From Antedon mediterranea (taxonomy: Eukaryota; Animalia; Echinodermata), in contig NC_092671.1 in NCBI RefSeq assembly GCF_964355755.1, forward strand, positions 17,732,001 through 17,796,000: 64,000 nt of DNA, written 5' to 3'. Position numbers and translations under genes: made by a program. Positions 53,061 through 64,000 of the stretch are shown in pieces. Numbering within the stretch: position 1 is the first letter of the stretch; each line of letters starts with the position of its first letter. The notes beneath the pieces were generated by a model, which worked only from the letters and a program-made list of their open reading frames with translations, did not search any database and was not told the origin of the DNA.

Positions 53061-56000
53061 TCAAAGTTCAAGTATTGAATCAATTACAGGTTCAGTGCCT
53101 TCCTCCCTATGATGGTGTGATTTCTTTTTCTTTTTTTTCTTCTTATGTCGAATTGCAAGTGGTTCAATTCCTATTACCATGAAAAAGAAAAAAATTACAT
53201 GAATTCTATCGTTTTAATATAAATATACATAAATTCTATTTGTCCAAAATTCTATTTTGTCCAATATGGTATAATAAGGTATAATAGGGAACATAGGATT
53301 TGCTACGACCAAACTAGGCCATATTAGTTAATTGAGCACATGCGGGAATATTGGGACGTGTCATCGCCTCGACACAGGTTTCTAGGTCCAGGCGACGCCC
53401 AACAACACATCGATTGACCTGACCTAAGTTGGTTGTCTGTCCTCGGTAATTGCAAATCAAAAGCTTACTAATATTCAGTATTTTTATAATTAAAAGTATA
53501 TATTTGTATACAGCAGAACCCTTTTTGGGGGCACACCAATTTGGAAAAAACCCTATTACCGTAACACTTTTCCGTTTATGTTGAGATAGCATTCTTAAGT
53601 GAGCACCATTTGAGTCTAAATATCATTACCTGAATCACCAAGTGTTGGTAAAGCGCCAAGACGGCCACCACCAACAGCCGGTAGTTGTCCAAGTGGCCCA
53701 TTCAATTTGCTAGCATCAGATGATTCATCAATGTTGTTTTCAGGCTCTGCAACGATCTCATCAGCTGTGGCTTTTTTGTAAGATGGTAGTGAAATGTGGG
53801 GTGTTGGTTTGTTTCTAGAAATTAAAATTTGTGCATAATTAAAATTCCATGTCGAAATGTTTTTTTGCATTTCAGAATTCTAGACACTGACTTTTATGTT
53901 TATGCATATATATATATAATACTTACTCAACACCTGTGTCATTGTTAGATGTATTTCTTGTGGTCATCCTTGGACTTTGATCCCCAGCTTCTAAACAAAT
54001 TAAAAAAACTCAATATTTTGACCTCAGAAGTAAAGTTCAGTATGTAGTTGTGTTGGCCAGAGGTGGGTGGGGACATCCAGTCTAAAGCTCATAAAGGGGT
54101 GAGTGGCTGAACGGTTAAGACAGTAGAATCGTAATATATTGCATTATGCTAAGGGTTAGAGACTCACTAGCTCATGGTTCTGGTAGTAGAATGAGTCTTC
54201 TTGGATAAGGCTTACAAACCGTGTACACAAAAGTGTACACAATAATGCTCATGTACACTTTAAAGAACCTAGCACATCTTTTAAGATGAGTAGGAGGTTA
54301 CCCAGTGTACTAGCTCACACAGCCCCTGTCGTGCACAGACATAATGGCGCCGTAGTTGGCAAAAGAGAAAAATGTTGTTGAAAAGGTTAACATCTATGTC
54401 TATAGTACCATGAGCACTATTGTGAATATGACGCTATATAAATCTTATTATCATTATCTTGTTTTCCTAATCAACTATTAACGTCCAAACTAGTAAGTAT
54501 ATACAAAGCTTTACCTGATGCAACCAATCTGCCACCCTTTGATAGTCTGTCACATACTTGCTGTAGATGTTTCTTCAGCTTCATGCTGTCATTAGGCCTA
54601 ACAAGTGATACAGGGTTTGCTGCTTGGTCTTTGGCAGACTTTGCTAGGCATGTTCTCAACAGGTTTGTTAAAGCAGCATCTGTCACTTCTTCCCAGCCCT
54701 TAAAATAAAAACAATTTTATTGACCATGTTTTTGATGTTAGGGAAATATGGAGTGGACCTTGGTGGTTTAGATGCTTGACAGAACAACTCCACTCCCAAA
54801 GGCTTGAAATAAGACTTGTTTGTGAAGAGCATCTTGTGTATATGTCTTTGTGTTTATTAGCCACTAGCCTTAACGGCTGCGTGGCTATCTTGCCTCTTCA
54901 GGAGACTTGTCTCCACACTGTCATAAAAACATATATAATATATATTTGATTTGTTCTTGAATGAAAGATGAACCAACAATTCCAGACCAACTAGTTTTAG
55001 CAAAGCAAAATTCACATTACATTATAACATCTAAATGATTAAAAAACTGTAGTGGAGCTGTACCTTGGTGGTTAACATGCTTGCCAAGGTCCAGGGTTCA
55101 ATCTTGACCTAGTGCCAATGACTCTTTCAACTCCCTAAGCCTCAAATGAGTTTATAAGCACGATAAATTATAAAATAGTTTACCCATCCTGTAAATGGCG
55201 AATTACTTGCTGTTGGATGCATATGAGAAAAATAACCCTATGTACATACCTGTTCAGACTGGACAGGTACATGGTGTGATAAAGCTGCCTGTAGTACATT
55301 CACCTCGGCATCAGTTAATTTATACTGTAGCTTGATCAGAGTTGTAATTATAAGAGTTGCACAGCTGAGGCCCATGCAACAACGAACCATAGCTTTCTGG
55401 TTTTCTTCTATGCCTTCTGCTAGTTTTAAAATCTGAAGTAGAAAAAATAATTATTAGTTTTTAGGCAAGCTGCAATAGACCTTTATATTTATTACATTTG
55501 CATATCTCTATAGCCATTTTGAAACATGCCCTAATCGGGTTGAAGCAGTCAGCTTTAGCATATTTATTTCTACCTCAAAGCCTAAAATTCCTGAACTAAT
55601 CGCTCAGTACTCAGGTGTACAAGAAAAGAGTAAAAAAAAGAATTTAGTCAAATGAAAATGAGAGATAAGTTTTAAGATGCGATTCTAAATTGTACTACAG
55701 TTCCTCACTTTATTTGCCAACCGATTCCAGAGTTTCGGACCGACCTGTCGCGGAAAGTTGATGCTCTGGTAAAGCAAACATGCTTTACCATTATTCAAGA
55801 AGTGTCAAAAACTAGTATTATACATTAGTTAACTGAAAATCAATTAAAGATATATTACTGTCCCCCAAAAACATGTAAAAAATAAAATCAGACTTTTGAA
55901 TAGGTACTGTAGTTTTAACAAAGTTTATCACTTCCGTTGGAAAAAACCTTACATAAAATGACATTCAACCAAAAACCCACTGGCTGGCAGCCAATTTGAC

Positions 56001-59000
56001 TATTTTTTTCTTAAAATTACAGTTTTTCAGGTAAATAATTTGTTTCCCGACCAAATTTTTAGTAAAAGTAAATAACTATTACATATGTGACATTAAAATG
56101 GCATATTAAAAAAAAATTACTTTTCTAGAAGGACAACATATCTTTAAAATATTGTATGTATTTACCTGTCGATAAGTACCATCTAGTAGTGTATCCAAGT
56201 TATTCAATGGTGCTGGTGTCTTGTCTTTAAATCGAGTCAAAAGTCTTCGTTGAATAGCACGAAACTGCTTTGCTCTTTGATCCAACAGCTCCTTGAATTG
56301 GTCATGGTTTATCCGAAGCTGGAAATAAAATCAAAAACATATTATGTTTTTGGTATAAATATATGTTGAAGAAATAATTTCCATCATTTTAAATTAGTAA
56401 AATCATATCAGATACTAGAAAATATGTCATATTTTATTGACAGTTCTGGCCTAGAATCACTATACTCAAGTCTATGACATATTTTGTCAATAGATAAAAT
56501 TACCTCAAGATGGGCATCTATGATTTGGCCATATTCAGCAACAGGTAGGCTACCTGAATAAGAGCATTCAAATCCTTTGACACCTGCGTTCTTGTGGTAG
56601 ATCACAAGTCGATCAATAAGCTCATTAACCATTAACCACATCGACTCTAACACATCAGACTGAAGACGATAACGCTCTATTAATAAGAAACAATTTTATT
56701 TATTTTACAGAATACTACTGGGAGTTTGAATAACAGCAAAATGTTTATTTTTCTTGCATTGATTGTAAAGACCAATTCACACACATGAGAGGTAATGGTA
56801 GAGGTAACTGTAAGCTGAAATCAAAATTAATCTTAAGACCGTTTACAAAAAACGCAGAGTGGAAAAATGGTTGAGTGGAAACCTACTCAAGATCCACGTG
56901 GGATGAGCTACGTAGTTTTTCACTTACCGTTTCTGCTCATCTGTGTAAATTTGTCTTAATGGTTTACAATTTACTTACGAGATGACTTTGATGCCAAAAT
57001 AACAGTCTTTGGCCCACCATACACCTGAAACCCAACTGCATTACCATTCCCACCTACACTTTCAACATTCATATCTGAAACAATTCATTCATTTGGATTT
57101 AAAGATTTACTAAAATATAAAGCAACAGTTGATAGTTTGATAAGCGACTGGGCATCTAAAATAAAATTAAATAGGGACAACCTGTAAGCTTTTAATTTTC
57201 TACGACCAACAATGCAGGACCTATGCATTGATGCGTTGTTGATCGTTGGTTGACCTCTTTCAAACTATGTTAAAGAATAGAATGAAGAAGTACACCATCC
57301 CCGCATCCAAACAATGGATGGATTTGTTCCTAGGTTATCGGATGTCTCAAATTAAAAAGCTCCTTAATGACTGCCCTGTTTCCCTCTTACATATCAATGC
57401 TTTTTACTAACTTGTGACTGTAAATAAGTTGAATATAAAATTTAGTTTTTCTTTTCAATATAACTACATTTGAGCTACTGTATGTACTAGCCAGTCCAAG
57501 TACCTTAGATTGTAGGTAACTGTAATTTAGTTATGTGGGTTTTTGTTTTTTAGGTTTACTGATTAGTTTCTTTTGGTTTGTCACATATGCCTTGAGCACA
57601 TCTTATTATTATTATTGATCTAAATGTAATTCAGGTCAGCTTTAATGTAAAAAATTTACCTGCAAAAAGTTCTGTCAAGTTAATAGGCGACTTGTTTGTG
57701 TCCAGTGTGATCTTATGTTGAGCAGTGCTGAATGGTGCACATGCCTTGCAAATTAGTTTAAATGGCAGCTTTATTTCGCAGTGTGATACCCGAGGTGCTC
57801 CTGTAAAAAGTAATAATAGTGTATCATGATACAGTAATAATAATTCTTATGCATGCATATAATACAGTGTAACCAATTTTTCCTGTGGAATAAACTAGCA
57901 GGAGTTTCAACACTACGTCCAAGGGAAAAATCCCTACTTTATAATTAAAGACACTAGAGCAGTAATTTTTTACGTTTTGTAAAATAATGCATATATATAT
58001 ATATTGACTTGCACTGATGAAGGGCTAGTGTTGCCCGAAAGCTCTGCTAACTTTTCTGGCTGTTTTACTTTATCGTTTTGATTTAGCTTGTCGCTTTTTT
58101 TTTTGTATCTCCATTGAGATCCAGCCACTGATACCCACAGCATTGTCATTTTTTCAGTAATTTGCCTTTGGATATATATATAATATACATTTAAAGACAT
58201 TAAATCAGGTAATTTCTTGTCTTAAATGTGCGTTCTAAGGTAAATAATGATAAAAAGAGAAAAACAATGCACTATACCTAAGTAGTCGTAGACGTTTCTA
58301 GGCTTAGCTTAGTAAGGCTTAGTTTTGTAGGCCCAGTGGCGGATCTAGAGGATGAATAGGGTGGCTAGCCACCCCCCTTTATTCTCAAAAAAAAAGGAAG
58401 AAAAAAAGAAGCAACATACCCGCGACCGTCGCTAGACATGGATTCGACGCACCTGACTCTTTTTTTTTAAAGAGTTAAATTACTATTTATGAATTCAAGA
58501 GTTTAAAAAGAAAACGCTATTTAAAATCTTCAGAAAATACCCACAAAACTGAGTTATTTTCAACTGTACTGTCAACGCACCTAAATTATATTCCTTGTAT
58601 ACGGCGGATTACAGATCTTTAAATGATGAGCTTTGCCCCGTTGTTAAATTCGCTGATGACACTAGTACTATTGGTCTCATAGTTTCAAACAATGATGAAA
58701 ATTATCGTAGCGAAATACAAAGATTTGTTAAATTTTGTGACGATAATTATCTCCAAATAAATGCATCAAAAACAAAGGAGATGATCATTGATTTTAGGAC
58801 TAAACATAAATTTAAATTTCAACCAATCACTATCAAAGGTAAAGAAATTGAAATTGTTGACCAGTACAAGTATCTAGGAATTGTTTTCAATGATAAACTG
58901 AGTTGGGGAGACCATATAGACTTCATCAGCAAAAAATTAAGTCCCAGAATGTATTGTATGAGAACTTTATATAAATTTAACTCCTGTGATTTGATGTTAC

Positions 59001-62000
59001 TTTCGTTCTATAGATCCGTTATATGTAGTGTTTGGACGTATTGCCTCTCCTGTTGGGCTGGTAATGTTACCGGAGGGAATAAAGGACGCCTTGAAACTTT
59101 CATCCGTCGGGCTGGTAAAATGATTGGTTTGGAACTGCCTTCCTTTACCGATGTGCACCTAGAACACCTCCAGAAAGATTTCGAACGCATTGAGTCGGAT
59201 GCCTCTCATCCTCTCCACAAAGTGATCATAGACCAACTTAATCCAAGTGGTAGATTGAGGCTCCTCAGTGTGAAAACAAATCGATTTGCTAAATCCTTTA
59301 TTCCCTCCGGTATCATCCAGTACAACAGGAAGTCAAGAAGATAATTTTATATTGTAATTTTTTAGATGTTTTTATATGAATGGTTTTATGCTATATTTGT
59401 TTTTATAGTGTTTTCTTTGTTATTATGACGAGCAATGAATTTCCTTTTTGAGGATCAATAAAAGTTATCTTATCTTATCTTATCTTAAACACAAGCACTC
59501 CTCCTACTACCAGCGTCACGTTTTCTAGCTCGAGCCTCGTGTGAATGCTGACGTCACCACGCTCCAAAAATACACCATTTTCCATTTCAGTTAATTATGG
59601 CCTTGGCCCTCTGTGTGTGCAAGCGTGGTATATTTACACCCCTGAGTGGAGTGTAATATCGAGAACTTTTTTCTCGCATATGAAGGTTTTTTATATAATA
59701 ATGGTATGCAGTATAAACGATAAAAATAAACGAGAAACATGGTGTTCTTTTATTATTTCATAGGCATAAAATAAACATGAAATCCACCCCAAACCCACCC
59801 CTGCTCGGTGCTACACACCTCGTTTGCCACTTTCGTGGCCACCCTCACTCGTCAGATCCTAGATCCGCCACTGAGGCCTAGCTGGTAAAGAGCGGTAACG
59901 TACGAACATTGTACGCTAGCTATAGGCCTAGCCTGATGTTGTCTCGTTGCTGAATTAATTGTCTTTCTATTTCCGTTAATACAATAGGCCTGGTATTTTC
60001 GCTGAAAAGTTCTTTTATTTGGTTACCTTTCACGCGATCGATTACATCACAATATGAAAATATCAATCCGCGCATGATGGACGCAGGATTTATAGTGGGC
60101 CGCTAAAATTATTAGAATCAACTTCACATTTTGAACAGTTTAAAGACGAAAAAAATATAGTATTTATTTTGAAATAAAATGTAGTGTGTGACCTTAAATT
60201 AGTTAACAAAAACATAGGTCTAGGGTCTTTAAATTAGAACATACCATTTGGAAGTGTAAATGTAGCAGTAGCCTTGGCTGTTAGTGATGATGGTAGGCAG
60301 TTACCCTTCATGTATATTGATGTTATCACCTCAGTTGGACCAGATGAATCACCTATAAAAAGAACAACACATGTTAATTGAGTTATTCAATTACGCGATC
60401 TCAATTTAGTCACTTTTCAATCAATTTTAAAGTTTTATTACATTCTACATTACAGTAGATAATTATCTAACCATTAACCATTAGGACAAGAATGATGACT
60501 GGAGATATAATCGTAACAAAGCAAGATTCAATTTCATGTATAGATTGAAGAAGGGGTTATTTTATGTCATGGAAATTTAAGAGGTGGGTCAATTATAAGG
60601 AGTTTCGAAACTGGATTAAAATGGAAGTCAAAATAAGTACTAAAATAATAATAAATAGAATAAATTCCTTGTTATATCTATTGCTCCACAGGACAAAATC
60701 TTGTTGGCAAGTAGACATGTTTCGAGACTCACATCCAGTTTGTAACAATGTTGTCGTTAAGTGCACATGAGCATTTTATGTACACTGGACCTATGGTTTA
60801 CAGTCCTTATTAAATACATTAAACATTTTTACCAATAAACGGGATCTTAAAGGTAGTAGGATTGGCAGCCAGTGGATACGGGGCATATACTAGAAGTGTT
60901 GAATCTTGTACATTCATCGTACTTGTAAGAGATAGCTGAAAGAAGGGATAAAAAACATAAACACACTTGCTACACTCTCAATTAAAGATATATTGTCCCA
61001 CTGAAAAATAATTTATTTTTTGTTGAATATGTCAATTTAATGTCACATAATAGTTATTCACTTTGTCTGAAAAAACGTAATTTAAACAAAAAATTTATTA
61101 AATTGGCTGTCAGACAATGAGTTTTTGGTTAAAATTAACCTTCTTGTTTTTATAAGTGAAATAATTATTGTTATTGTTTTTTTTCTACAGAAATGAATAA
61201 CTTTATTAAAACTACAAAACAACCTATTCAAAGTCTGATTTTATTAGTCTTCATTTCTTTTAAATTTTAAAGTATCTATATTATAAGAGCGTTTTATGTA
61301 TGTTCATTTACACAAATCTATACACACATGGTATCAAAATGATTAGAATTGTACTGCACTTTTAAAAGTGGGTATTTTCCTGGTAATGAATAGATTTCTT
61401 TATGTTATGTAATATTTTACTGAAACTATTAGTTTTGTTACATATTCATTTGATGATAGAATATAAAAAAATTCTGAAATTGTTTTTGGAAATGTAAATG
61501 AGGTATTTGATATCTTACCTTCACAGAGATAGATGGGATCGGATCATCATCTTGTACTTCACTATCTAATGGCATTGACTAAAATAAGATATAAGTAGAA
61601 TGACTAGGTTTGCATACAACTTAATACAACCTGGTGTTATAAAAGAAACACAGGTTAATCATACTCTGATCAGTGTAGATAAAAATGATATTTGTAGAGA
61701 AAAGTAGGCATCATCTTATTTTTACCACTGATAACCCACTAAAGCTCTGTCTACACTATCAAACTTTATGCGACAAAAAATGTTCTGCCCATATATGCAC
61801 ATGATGATGTCATATTAATACCACATCACACTATTCTTGTCAAATTTGTTTGATAGTGTAGACAAGTCCTTTAAGTTTCAGGTGGGGTCCTACTGTTGTG
61901 AATCAGGCAATACACCGGGAGATCCCCTACTCTTTTCGAAAAGGGTATACTGCGCTCTTTAACATGCACACGAACCATGTTGCACATGGGACAAACAGCT

Positions 62001-63556
62001 TAATGTCTCATCCGAAAGATGGTGTGCTATCTACATGCATGTACTGGGTTCTTTAACATGCAAGCAACTGCTTAACCGTTTCATCCGAAAAAACCGGTGC
62101 ACCAGTTAGAACTCCAGTTTCTATAGCAGATATACAGTATGTCGCTCTCCTATGTTTGATGCGACTACTGTACATTAAGGAATTTACAGTTTTTAGTAGT
62201 GTACCTCTTGGTGGTATACAGGGTATATTAAGTTTTTGACATCACTACATCACTGAAACATTTCTAATTTAAATAAAGCAAAATATTTATTATCTTACCC
62301 TTGAAGTATCAAAATGGTTTGGCACGACAGCTTTTATTATAATACTATTTTCATTCATTTTTGTTGGAATCATATCTGTTGAATGAAAAGAAGTAGGTAA
62401 CATTAACATGATTTTGATGTGGGACCTAGATCATGTGACATCACTGAATGTTATCTGACAGTTCTTATTTTCTATTTGATGAACATGTATTGTTACAAAC
62501 GAAGAGAACAGTCTTTTAACAATCAACAGATTGTCCCAAAGATTTTAATTACAAAGAACTAAAAAGTTGGGTTGTTAAAATGTTTTTGAAAACTTTGGTA
62601 GAATGTGTATCTTGAATTGAATTAGGAAGATTATTCCAGTTTTGGATCTGCAACTGCAAATGCTCAATAGGTCTAATAATATAAGTACAATTTTAGTAGT
62701 AATAGTAGTGTAGCGCATATACAGAAAATCATCTCTTATGCAATTAAAAAAAAAACCCATGTACAAAAAAAAATGGTGGGAAAAGATGAGATTTCAGCAG
62801 TTGAGACTACGAGAGATAGAGATTTACACTTAGTCATCTACAGTAGAGATTTTACATCAAGAAGAAATTATTTGGAAATCCTAGGAAATGTTGGTTTTTT
62901 TTGGAGCTCAGCAAATACTCTATAAACCTGAAAATTCCAGAAAATGGGAATTCTAGATAATCGTACGATAAATACTTACCGGTCTTGCCAAGTGCCTTCC
63001 TTATGGACATCTGTAAATGTCTCATCTCCTCATCTTGTTCTTCGTAGTTGATCTCCCTAGACTCTGGTGGAGCAACGCTAAAGATGGATGGATCGGTACC
63101 AAGGTAGCTACACATAAGATGCCCATCTTCATCTAAACTTACGACAGCTCCCTTAAGTTCTCTGAGACAGTAAAACAAAAATTATAAAAGACTACAGGGA
63201 GTTTTATTTAGTGTAAAATATAAAGTGAAAGTGTGGTTGATATGCTTGCTTAACAAACCCAGGGTCTTTGGTTCGAACGTTTCAACAAGGTAAGCCAGGT
63301 GGTTTAATTCATAATGTTCAAAACACCTGGTTAAAACTTGGTTACTTTAAGTGGTTACAATTTGTTACTTTTTATTAATAGTAGTAAAGGTTATGAGAAA
63401 GCACTAAAGGACCACATTAGTAATACCTGAATGTCGCTGTTTGAATACAGATAGGAATGTAGTCCAGTTTTGCAGTCCACTTCAACTGTATGTCTTGGTA
63501 TATCATCAACTGACTTGTGTATGTTCCTATTATAGTATTTATGCTACCTTCACCAA
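53061..63556 (-). CDS. BBS9: Bardet-Biedl syndrome 9 protein (PTHB1), 3' 15 coding exons; 5' part lies beyond the window
   Basis: Exons 63556-63427, 63161-62980 (LKGAVVSLDEDGHLMCSYLGTDPS), 62375-62299, 61578-61519, 60935-60833, 60352-60245, 57800-57660, 57074-56979, 56676-56504 (RYRLQSD), 56318-56166 (QFRAIQRRLLTRFKDKTPAPL), 55432-55250, 54698-54515 (GWEE..LLRTCL), 53990-53927, 53814-53630, 53170-53061; phases are consistent. Confidence 0.95.
54096..54458 (+). mobile_element. tRNA-derived SINE with Deu/Nin-like central domain, second copy
   Basis: gtggctgaacggttaagacag head; taaagaacctagcac..gagtagg..gttacccagtgtactagctcacacagcc; gacgctatataaatcttattatcattat tail. Confidence 0.75.
55660..55770 (-). 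mobile_element. Short CR1-group ORF2 3' fragment
   Basis: Minus-strand RQVGPKLWNRLANKVRNC. Confidence 0.5.
55845..56147. mobile_element. MITE family A, copy 5
   Basis: TTAAagatatattactgtcccc...ggacaacatatctTTAA. Confidence 0.72.
57991..58185 (+). mobile_element. Penelope-like pLTR fragment between (TA)n tracts
   Basis: Contains the hammerhead motif and the tail shared with 45545-45660 and 52005-52127. Confidence 0.75.
58009..58050 (+). ncRNA. Minimal type I hammerhead ribozyme (Penelope-type)
   Basis: GCA-CUGAUGA-A-GGGC(uaguguu)GCCC-GAAA-GC-UC-UGC: catalytic boxes, stem II GGGC/GCCC, stem I GCA/UGC, palindromic AGCU stem III. Confidence 0.75.
58334..59873. mobile_element. Non-autonomous DNA transposon (hAT-like TIR CAGTGGCGGATCTAG) carrying a nested LINE
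   Basis: Perfect 15-bp TIRs at 58334 and ending 59873; flanking direct repeat AGGCC on both sides. Confidence 0.85.
58585..59487 (+). mobile_element. 5'-truncated Rex1/Babar-like LINE (RT C-terminal ORF 58595-59344)
   Basis: LYTAD, VKFADDT, NASKTKEMIIDFR, YKYLG, SHPLH, TNRFAKSFIP; AATAAA and (TATCT)n tail. Confidence 0.88.
60982..61262. mobile_element. MITE family A, copy 6 (reverse)
   Basis: TTAAagatatattgtccc start; cctattcaaagtctgattttattagtcttc end. Confidence 0.65.
61740..61874. mobile_element. MITE family B, copy 4
   Basis: aaagctctgtctacactatcaaac...gtttgatagtgtagaca. Confidence 0.75.
61905..62035 (-). mobile_element. Deu/Nin-domain SINE fragment
   Basis: Reverse complement reads tttcggatgagacattaagc...gcatgttaaagagc...ttcgaaaagagtagggg..cccggtg, matching the Deu/Nin core as recalled. 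Confidence 0.65.
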
Positions 63557-64000
63557 CTATGTAAAACAAACAAGTTGGTGATTACTTTATAATTACCATT
63601 ATAACATGGGTTCAAGGATGTAGCCAATCCGACACACTGAAATCAGTCACATGTGCGCTCTATATTTTTTCACTATCATGCAATGGAGTGCAAAAAGTGT
63701 GCAACACAAAAGCATAACAGCACTCTGTGTGTAAATCAAATTGCACGATTTACGAGTAGGAACTAGTCTGCCCGATTTAAAAAACAAATAAACACACACC
63801 ACACATATATCTTGTCAATTCTGGTACACGACTGTTTTTCTAGGCTAGCTAGGCTAGGCGGTGATTTGGTCGCCGAGCAGAGTGGTGCTTGCCGTGGTAG
63901 ACCTAGCTTCTAGGCTAGGCCTAGATGTATTCACCCAAAAAGGCAAGTGAAAATAGCTCATAGACCCATATTATAAACAAATAAGTCTAAATTTGTATGT

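Overview
AT-rich (roughly 30% GC by eye), intron-rich animal genomic DNA. Gene content and repeat families (Deu/Nin-type SINEs, 2A-bearing CR1, frequent TAGGCCTA) suggest an invertebrate deuterostome such as an echinoderm; this is inference. Gene order reconstructed by hand from splice sites and reading-frame phases: last exon of an EGFR/ErbB-like receptor (+); two convergent, multi-exon neurotrophin-like genes (+ then -), which the ORF track shows only as fragments; HINT (-) sharing a 132-bp head-to-head promoter with a PAWR/Par-4-like gene (+); and the 3' part of BBS9 (-). Mobile DNA includes an apparently intact single-ORF CR1-group LINE (signal-peptide-like leader, 2A-like motif, PHD, APE, RT) nested in an older LINE, a Rex1-like LINE fragment nested in a DNA element, Penelope-like remnants with a minimal hammerhead ribozyme, a TA-bounded element carrying a complete tRNA-like cloverleaf, several MITE families, SINEs and minisatellites. 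The strongest leads are the neurotrophin pair with a Spaetzle-like extra cysteine, the leader/2A architecture of the CR1, and the tRNA-like/Penelope cluster at TA tracts. All family names come from motif recognition, not database searches; repeat boundaries are approximate.
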